From a virus (Duplodnaviria; Caudoviricetes), in IMG/VR virus record IMGVR_UViG_3300032285_003957, positions 128,001-192,000 of that record: 64,000 nucleotides of DNA. One strand, written 5' to 3'. The notes under the pieces are model-generated. The model had not been told where the DNA came from and did no database searches. It saw only the letters and a program-made list of their open reading frames with translations. The position numbers were made by a program, and so were the translations under genes. The first letter of the stretch is position 1; each line of letters begins with the position of its first letter. Shown piece by piece: positions 57,531 through 64,000 of this stretch.

Positions 57531-58148
57531 ATGAGTATAGATGTAAAATTTAAAAACAAGCCAAAAATTTTAGGATTGGATATTTCCACTAAAACTATTG
57601 GGTGGGCTTTGTTTGATATGACAGGGTCCAAACTATTGGAGCTAACTCACTTTTCTCCAAAAATTAAACCTCAACCTGAAGATAAGATTGAAGAGTTAAT
57701 AAAAAAAGCAGATGCTTTCAAAAAACATTTGGAAGGATATAAGGACATGGGTATTGTTCAAGTCGTTATTGAAGAACCATTATTAAGTTCAAATAATGTT
57801 TACACAATCCAAACGTTACTACGTTACAACACAATGATTTTGAAATGCTGTTATGATACATTAGGTGTAGTTCCAAATTTCATTTCAACATACAACGCAA
57901 GAAAATTTGCGTTTCCAAGTTTAGTTGGACCAAACGATAAAGGACGTAATGTATTGTTTGGTGGTTATCCAAAAGATATAGATAAAAAACAAGTTGTTTG
58001 GGAACACGTTAATGCGGTATGTCCTGATATCGAATGGTTATACGGTAAGACTGGTAATTTGAAAAAAGAAAATTTCGATATGAGTGATGCTGCTACTGCT
58101 GTGATTGGATATGTGAATATGATTAAGTCAGAAAAATCCGGCAACTAA
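57531..58148 (+). CDS. RuvC-like Holliday junction resolvase
   Basis: ILGLDISTKTIGWA, VVIEEP and FDMSDAATAV acidic catalytic pattern. Confidence 0.85.
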   Translation: MSIDVKFKNKPKILGLDISTKTIGWALFDMTGSKLLELTHFSPKIKPQPEDKIEELIKKADAFKKHLEGYKDMGIVQVVIEEPLLSSNNVYTIQTLLRYNTMILKCCYDTLGVVPNFISTYNARKFAFPSLVGPNDKGRNVLFGGYPKDIDKKQVVWEHVNAVCPDIEWLYGKTGNLKKENFDMSDAATAVIGYVNMIKSEKSGN

Positions 58149-58189
58149 AATTTGTATTTACGCTGAAGTTGATTTATATTTATTAAAGG

Positions 58190-58260
58190 ACGGGACGAGG
58201 GTTAAAATCCTCGTTTGGTTGGTAGGGAGTCGAGGTGGTGTTCGACTCCCATTTTTTTTT
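58190..58260 (+). ncRNA. Candidate ~70-nt two-hairpin small RNA with its own promoter motif and terminator
   Basis: TATTTATT at 58177-58184; hairpin 58193-58216; hairpin 58225-58250 followed by a T run; GC-rich and non-coding. Confidence 0.4.
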
Positions 58261-58289
58261 ATCATATTTTTTATGTATATTCTATCATT

Positions 58290-59228
58290 ATGGTAGAACA
58301 AGAAACCGATTATTCAGCTGTCGTTGAAATTTTAGAAGACATTTTGGGTGATTATAGAAATCACAACGACTATCGCGGTCAAATATCTTTTGATTGTCCT
58401 ACATGTTCCTATGATATAAAAGGATTGGATGAATTGGATGGTAAAGGTAATCTTGAGGTAAATTATAAGCACAATGTTTACAAATGTTGGGTGTGCGCTG
58501 AAACTCATGATACACATGGTTCTGTTTACAAATTAATAAAAAAATTTGGTAATCCTCGTCAGTTAAAGAAATATTTGTTACTAAGACCTGATGAAGATGA
58601 ATCGGTGCAAAGAGTTTATAAGACTGTTAAATTACCAAAAGAATTTATACCATTCTCATCTGCAAGTGCGGGTTTAAAGATGACACCACAATATAGACAA
58701 GCATACAACTATATTAAAAGTAGAAACATAACTGAATTGATGTGTCAAAAATTCAACATTGGTTTTTGTTACACTGGTTTATATGAAAATAGAATTATAA
58801 TACCATCTTACGATGAAAATGGATTCGTAAATTATTTTGTTGCTCGTTCTTATTTGCAAAAGACGAAAAGAAAATATATGAATCCCGAAGCCCAAAAGGA
58901 AATATTAATATTCAATGAAAAATTAATTAATTGGGAAGAACCAATCTATTTGGTTGAAGGTGCATTTGATAGTATTTTTTTAAATAACGCAATTCCAATG
59001 CTTGGCAAGTATATGAGTGAACACTTATATAATACGCTTTATAATAAGGCGGTTAAAATTATAATAGTATTAGACCCCGACGCATGGGGTGATGCTGAAA
59101 GATTATATCACAAACTTAATTGTGGTAAACTTATGAACAAAATTTGGATTATTAAATTAGAAGGAAACCAAGACATAGCTGATTTACAAGGAAAAATTAA
59201 TGAAAACGATATAAAACAATTAGATTAA
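58290..59228 (+). CDS. DNA primase (DnaG / T4 gp61-like); probable start is ATG 58290
   Basis: Zn finger CPTC...CWVC, RIIIP, and Toprim motifs YLVEGAFD and LDPD. Confidence 0.88.
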   Translation: MVEQETDYSAVVEILEDILGDYRNHNDYRGQISFDCPTCSYDIKGLDELDGKGNLEVNYKHNVYKCWVCAETHDTHGSVYKLIKKFGNPRQLKKYLLLRPDEDESVQRVYKTVKLPKEFIPFSSASAGLKMTPQYRQAYNYIKSRNITELMCQKFNIGFCYTGLYENRIIIPSYDENGFVNYFVARSYLQKTKRKYMNPEAQKEILIFNEKLINWEEPIYLVEGAFDSIFLNNAIPMLGKYMSEHLYNTLYNKAVKIIIVLDPDAWGDAERLYHKLNCGKLMNKIWIIKLEGNQDIADLQGKINENDIKQLD

Positions 59229-60097
59229 TGACAATTAAAAATTTAGAAGAAGTTTCTTTAGAGATTAAGGACCTACTTGAAAAAAGAAGACAAAATTTAG
59301 AATTAACTTTCGTAGAAGAAAAACACATTTACTTTATGAAAGATAATGATGGTAAATTAAAATCAAATTTCCCATCTGTTTCTAAGTTAGTTAAGAAATT
59401 CCACAAACCATTTGATGCGGAAGGTATGGCCCTTAGAATGAGTAAAGGTGACCCTGAAGCTGCTAAGTTGTTACAAGAACAATGGAGAAAAGCCGGTGAC
59501 TTATCTACCAACATGGGTAGTCGTGTCCACTTTGAATTGGAATCTGATTTAATTGGAAGATATGGTGATTATAAAGAAGTAAGACAACCAATCTTTGAAA
59601 TTGACGATGAACAAAAACGCAAGAGTGATAATATGATTCAAGCAGGTAAAAGCTTCTTGGATATTATGCATGATAGAGGTGCAACATTATTGGATACCGA
59701 AATTGTGTTGGGTGACCCTAACTTGCAATACACTGGCCAACCTGATAAAGTATGGTTGATGATGAACAAAGATAAAAATGATTTTGGTTTTGTTATTACG
59801 GATTGGAAATCAAACCAACCTAAGAATTTTGAAGTGCAACACTACACAGGTAAAATGTATTCACCATTCGCTAACGTTCACGATAACGCTTTAGGTCATT
59901 ACTATTTACAATTACCATTTTATGGTAGATTATTATTAAAAATGTTGGAAGGAACAAAATTCAATGATAAAAAATTGTTAGGTTCAGTTATTGTCTTATT
60001 GAAAGATGATGCAACATATAATGAATACAAAGTTCCACCTGAAGTTCAAAGGAATGTATTCAACTTGGATTTAAACAAATATATTAACAGATGGTAA
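59228..60097 (+). CDS. PD-(D/E)XK family exonuclease
   Basis: GSRVH, TEIVL, GQPDKV, ITDWKS and YYLQLPFY. Confidence 0.8.
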   Translation: MTIKNLEEVSLEIKDLLEKRRQNLELTFVEEKHIYFMKDNDGKLKSNFPSVSKLVKKFHKPFDAEGMALRMSKGDPEAAKLLQEQWRKAGDLSTNMGSRVHFELESDLIGRYGDYKEVRQPIFEIDDEQKRKSDNMIQAGKSFLDIMHDRGATLLDTEIVLGDPNLQYTGQPDKVWLMMNKDKNDFGFVITDWKSNQPKNFEVQHYTGKMYSPFANVHDNALGHYYLQLPFYGRLLLKMLEGTKFNDKKLLGSVIVLLKDDATYNEYKVPPEVQRNVFNLDLNKYINRW

Positions 60098-60900
60098 AGA
60101 AAATTATACATATTGCTGATTTACATATCAGAACCATTCAATTGCATGATTTGTATAAAACACAATTTGAAAAGTTATTAATTGATTTAACCGTTCAATT
60201 GAGTGATGTTAATTATGATGAAACCAGAATAGTAATTGCAGGAGATATTGCACACCAAAAAATTAACATTTCTAACGAACAATTAATGTTAACAAGTTGG
60301 TTTATTAAATCATTATGCGAACTTGGTCAGGTGGTTATTATACCAGGTAATCACGATTTCTTAGAGAATAACACACAACGATTAGATAGTATTAGTCCTG
60401 TTGTTGATTTATTGAGTAATTCAAACATTACGTATCTAAAAGATAGTGGAGACTATGTTGATACCGATGGAGGTATCCAATGGGTTGTTTATTCATTATA
60501 TCAACACAATGTTAGACCTGAATTTACAAAACAAGAAGGGTTATTAACTGTGGGATTATTTCACGGACCAATTCAAGGTCTATCAACCGATTTGGGATAT
60601 GAGTTTGAAGATGCGTATGACCAATTAAATTTTGTTGGGTTAGATTTATTATTATGTGGCGATATACATAAACGCCAACAATTTGTTTTACCTAATGGCG
60701 GTAAAGCTGTTATGATTGGAAGTTTAATACAACAAAATTTTGGGGAGACAGTAAAACATCATGGTTACGGTATATATGATGTAGAGAATGATGAATATGA
60801 ATTTTTTGATTTACCAAATGAACAACCATTCCTTCATTTCTCAATAAACGATATTAAAGACATTGAAAATGGCGCAGAAGAGCACCTTAACCTTGGATAA
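60091..60900 (+). CDS. Mre11/SbcD (T4 gp47-like) phosphoesterase, short form
   Basis: IHIADLH, AGDIAH, PGNHD, FHG, GDIHKRQ and GSLIQQNFGE. Confidence 0.88.
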   Translation: MVKKIIHIADLHIRTIQLHDLYKTQFEKLLIDLTVQLSDVNYDETRIVIAGDIAHQKINISNEQLMLTSWFIKSLCELGQVVIIPGNHDFLENNTQRLDSISPVVDLLSNSNITYLKDSGDYVDTDGGIQWVVYSLYQHNVRPEFTKQEGLLTVGLFHGPIQGLSTDLGYEFEDAYDQLNFVGLDLLLCGDIHKRQQFVLPNGGKAVMIGSLIQQNFGETVKHHGYGIYDVENDEYEFFDLPNEQPFLHFSINDIKDIENGAEEHLNLG

Positions 60901-61396
60901 GGAATTTATAAGTTACTGTGAATTAAATGATATTGCCGATATTAATAGTTTAGCAAAAAAAACTTTTGATAGAGGCTTTACCATTTTAAAATATGGTGAA
61001 ACACCAAAAGGTAATTTTGAAGAAGTAGTTGTTGAAAAAGAAATCATAAAAGAAGTCATCAAGGAAGTGGTGGTTGAAAAAATTGTTGAGGTTCCTGTTG
61101 AAGTAATCAAAGAGGTTATTAAAGAAGTAAAAGTTGAAGTTCCTGTTGAAGTTATAAAAGAAGTTAAGGTTAAAGGTAAAAGCAACACAATAACTAAAGA
61201 AATTATTAAAGAAGTTCCTGTTGAAATTATTGTAGAAAAAATAGTGGAAGTGATAAATGACAAAGAGATTGAAATTTTGAAACAAGAGAATGAAAGACTT
61301 AAAAATGAATTAGACAATATAACTTCATCGCTTAGTAGATTTACCAAAGCTAAATTTATGAAAAACAGCGACATGTCTGACTTATATGGTGAATAA
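60869..61396 (+). CDS. Hypothetical protein with EVIKEV/EKIVEVP charged repeats and a coiled coil
   Basis: Central Val/Ile/Glu/Lys repeat tract; probable start is ATG 60869. Confidence 0.7.
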   Translation: MAQKSTLTLDKEFISYCELNDIADINSLAKKTFDRGFTILKYGETPKGNFEEVVVEKEIIKEVIKEVVVEKIVEVPVEVIKEVIKEVKVEVPVEVIKEVKVKGKSNTITKEIIKEVPVEIIVEKIVEVINDKEIEILKQENERLKNELDNITSSLSRFTKAKFMKNSDMSDLYGE

Positions 61397-61463
61397 ATTT
61401 TCGGCAATATAATTTTTTATTACCCATAATTTTTAGTATATTTTATATAATAAATGCAATGTT

Positions 61464-61772
61464 ATGATACTATTATTATGGATTTTATCGGCCTACGGAA
61501 TGACCAGTATTCTTGTTTGGGGCTCAATATTTGAAGGTTTAAGAACGTGGTTAAAAAAACATTCTAACTTTTTTGGAACATTAATTGGATGCACATTGTG
61601 CACATCGACATGGGTAGGATTTTTCATGTCATTTGTATTCGGTGGTTTAACGAATCATTATTTAAACTGTCCTTGGTTTGTATGCTTTTTCTTTGATGGA
61701 ATGGCCACTGCAGGTGGGGTATGGGCTCTTAACGCCATAATCGAATTCTTCGAAGAGAGTCGTATTAAGTAA
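61464..61772 (+). CDS. Small membrane protein with CxxC (DUF1360-like)
   Basis: Three hydrophobic segments and IGCTLCTSTWVG. Confidence 0.6.
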   Translation: MILLLWILSAYGMTSILVWGSIFEGLRTWLKKHSNFFGTLIGCTLCTSTWVGFFMSFVFGGLTNHYLNCPWFVCFFFDGMATAGGVWALNAIIEFFEESRIK

Positions 61773-62242
61773 TGAGAAAATTAGACACATACACAGTTGA
61801 TTGGTTTAAAATTGCAGAAGGATTTAGATTACCCATTGACCAAACAATACAATGCTTTTATGATGGTAGAATGATGGGTAGGATTGGGGAATTCATGCAC
61901 AAAGTAGAAACAGGTGGAGAAAGGGAAGGTGAAAATTCAAGTTTTGATATTACTGAATCAGACGGTATTAGAAGTGAAGTTAGGTCGATAACCAATAAGG
62001 TTAGTTTTGCACCATCTAAACAAACTGGTTTTGGTAGAAAAGTAACTGAAGAAGGGTTCCAAGAAAAATTAAGAAATCTTGATAGATTTGTTTTATTGGA
62101 TTTGAGAGAATTAGAAGATGGTATTATTCATAGTATTGAAGTAACAAAAGAAGATATATTTAATTTACCTTTAGGAAAAAACAAAGCAATCAATTCCAAA
62201 AAGTTTTACGAAATTTATGATAGAGCTCAACAAAATTTATAA
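61772..62242 (+). CDS. Hypothetical protein, possible PD-(D/E)XK endonuclease
   Basis: FDITESDGIRSEVRS resembles D-x(n)-E-x-K/R; it overlaps the methyltransferase start. Confidence 0.45.
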   Translation: MRKLDTYTVDWFKIAEGFRLPIDQTIQCFYDGRMMGRIGEFMHKVETGGEREGENSSFDITESDGIRSEVRSITNKVSFAPSKQTGFGRKVTEEGFQEKLRNLDRFVLLDLRELEDGIIHSIEVTKEDIFNLPLGKNKAINSKKFYEIYDRAQQNL

Positions 62243-63068
62243 TGAAAATTGTTTAGATACTTTAGCTAAGATAAAGGACAACACAATTGATTTAACAATA
62301 ACATCACCACCATATGATGATTTAAGAACATATAATGACCATATTAAAGGTAACAAAACCGAATTCAATGGTTATTCATTTGATTTTGAAAACATCGCAA
62401 GAGAATTATATCGAACCACCAAGAAAGGTGGTGTTGTTGTTTGGGTGGTAGGTGATGGCACTGAAAATGGTAGTGAAACGGGAACTTCTTTTAGACAAGC
62501 TTTGTTTTTTAAAGAAATTGGGTTTAAATTGCACGACACCATGATTTATATGAAGAACAACTTCTCAAATCCGTCGTCAACAAGATATCATCAAATTTTT
62601 GAATATATGTTTGTGTTTTCAAAAGGAAAACCAAATACATTTAATTCAATTAAGGATAGAAAGAACATTTATGCGGGCGTAGTTCCATGGGGTAAAAATA
62701 CTGTTACTCAAAAGGATGGAACAAAAATCGAAAGACCAAAAAAAGCATACAGCGATTATGGCCAGAGATATAACATATGGAAGTATAAAACATCTAAGAA
62801 CGGACAGGAAGATGAAATTGCTTATCAACATCCTGCTATATTTCCTTTACAATTAGTTAAAGATCATGTAATTTCTTGGAGCAATGAAAACGATTTAGTC
62901 TATGACCCATTTATGGGTAGCGGGACCACAGCTAGAGGTTGTAAACAACTTAATCGTAATTTTATCGGTAGTGAATTGAACCCTGATTACGTTAAAATAG
63001 CTGAAGAAAGGTTGACATTAAAAGATAAAGAAATTAAAAACTCATACATTAGTGACGAATCTGAATAA
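62217..63068 (+). CDS. DNA amino-methyltransferase, beta class (probably N4-cytosine)
   Basis: Catalytic TSPPY precedes the SAM-binding YDPFMGSGTT; HPAIFP is also present. Confidence 0.9.
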   Translation: MIELNKIYNENCLDTLAKIKDNTIDLTITSPPYDDLRTYNDHIKGNKTEFNGYSFDFENIARELYRTTKKGGVVVWVVGDGTENGSETGTSFRQALFFKEIGFKLHDTMIYMKNNFSNPSSTRYHQIFEYMFVFSKGKPNTFNSIKDRKNIYAGVVPWGKNTVTQKDGTKIERPKKAYSDYGQRYNIWKYKTSKNGQEDEIAYQHPAIFPLQLVKDHVISWSNENDLVYDPFMGSGTTARGCKQLNRNFIGSELNPDYVKIAEERLTLKDKEIKNSYISDESE

Positions 63069-64000
63069 TCCATTTATAAAGGTAACGTGGTCAGACACAG
63101 CCGAAAACTTTACTCCTGAAAAAATCAGGAGAGTTAAATCGTATTTTCAAAACAAATACAATACTAAGCACGTTCAGGTTATCACAAAGAATTTAACGCA
63201 CATTGAAAACACTCGTTTACATTCTTTGGAAGTTACTGATAGCATATTAGACCCACAATATCAAAAAACCTTAATGAAGGATTTCATTAAAGAAAACAAT
63301 ATTGATATCAAATGGGAATTGGTTAATCGTTTGGATGATAAGGTTAACAAACAAATAGATAAGGTTAATGAGAATAAAATTAGATACAATAAATGGTATA
63401 TTAAAAAAGTTGAATTCTCCAACTTTCTTTCATTTGGTGATAATAATGTTATTGATTTTACAAATCTTGACGGCATTACTGTAATTGAATCAACACCTAA
63501 GAACTTCGGTGGTAAGTCAACATCATCTGTTGATTTGTTGTTATTTTTATTTTTCAACACAACAACGAAGACAAAAACAAATGCTGAAATTTTTAATAAA
63601 TTTACGGACAAGAATGAAGTTAGCGTTCGCGGTGAAATATCAATTGATGGTAACGATTATGTAATTGAAAGAAAAACATTAAGAAAGCAAAGTAAATCAG
63701 GTGATTATACTGTTACCAACAAGCTTGAGTTCTATCAAATGAATGATGATGGAACTGTTGTGAATTTATCTGGTGAACAAAGAAGAGAAACTGAAGCATT
63801 CATTGCATCTGCAATTGGAACCGAAGAAGATTTCTTATCAACAATCATGACCACTGGTAATAACTTAGAACAATTGGTTGATTCTAAACCAACTGCTCGC
63901 GGACAAACTCTTACCAAGTTCTTGGGGTTAGAAAATCTTAAATCAAAAGAAGAAGTTGCTAAAGGAATATTTGACGAATGGAAAGTTAAGTTGGTTTCAA
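63052..64000 (+). CDS. Rad50/SbcC (T4 gp46-like) ATPase with an N-terminal extension, truncated by the window edge (missing from the ORF track)
   Basis: From GTG 63052 (upstream in-frame TAA at 63019): WYIKKVEFSNFLSFG, Walker A KNFGGKST and EEDFLSTIM; the frame is open to 64000. Confidence 0.85.
   Translation, partial: MTNLNNPFIKVTWSDTAENFTPEKIRRVKSYFQNKYNTKHVQVITKNLTHIENTRLHSLEVTDSILDPQYQKTLMKDFIKENNIDIKWELVNRLDDKVNKQIDKVNENKIRYNKWYIKKVEFSNFLSFGDNNVIDFTNLDGITVIESTPKNFGGKSTSSVDLLLFLFFNTTTKTKTNAEIFNKFTDKNEVSVRGEISIDGNDYVIERKTLRKQSKSGDYTVTNKLEFYQMNDDGTVVNLSGEQRRETEAFIASAIGTEEDFLSTIMTTGNNLEQLVDSKPTARGQTLTKFLGLENLKSKEEVAKGIFDEWKVKLVS

Noticed and set aside
58225-58251. GTTCGACTCCCA resembles a tRNA T-arm
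   Set aside because: No acceptor, D or anticodon arms can be formed; the segment pairs fully with GGGAGTCGA as a terminator-like hairpin.
58215-58289. Track starts at 58215, 46804, 31605, 22260 and 60863
   Set aside because: These are upstream GTG/TTG-type extensions that run through hairpins, promoter motifs or the previous gene; the downstream ATGs fit better.
60913-61407. Two minus-strand ORFs over the EVIKEV repeat gene
   Set aside because: They are antisense shadows of a low-complexity coding tract.
1-64000. Stop-codon reassignment, as seen in some large phages
   Set aside because: Long genes are uninterrupted in the standard code, and TAG is used as a genuine stop (21365-21367).

Overview
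This window is a 64-kb, AT-rich, gene-dense segment of a large lytic-type myophage (Caudoviricetes) with T4-like/contractile-tail architecture. It uses the standard genetic code. From left to right it contains: a truncated SNF2 helicase on the minus strand; neck, sheath, tube, chaperone, tape-measure, tube-initiator, LysM and hub genes; an embedded replication and nucleotide block (gp32-like SSB, UvsX/RecA, 5'-3' exonuclease, DnaB, nrdB-nrdA, thioredoxin); gp25 and gp6 baseplate genes; about 23 kb of large Thr/Ser/Gly/Cys-rich virion or fibre proteins with Pro-Thr repeats and SprB-like repeats; and finally RuvC, primase, a PD-(D/E)XK nuclease, a gp47/gp46-like pair separated by four genes, and a DNA methyltransferase. 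A Bacteroidota host is inferred from the SprB-like repeats, SD-less A-rich starts and the nrdB type. The strongest unexplained signal is a [S/T]-G-x-T tetrapeptide that is heavily enriched in the putative virion proteins counted and absent from the two cytoplasmic enzymes counted, which could be a sequon for a virion-modification system. Other notable signals are a parS-like palindrome next to an origin-like repeat cluster, a likely +1/-2 frameshift in the tail chaperone, a TATTTAT(A/T) late-promoter motif, a candidate ~70-nt small RNA, and an apparent transfer of the Mre11 C-terminal region onto Rad50. All family calls come from motif recognition and synteny by eye; no database searches were run.
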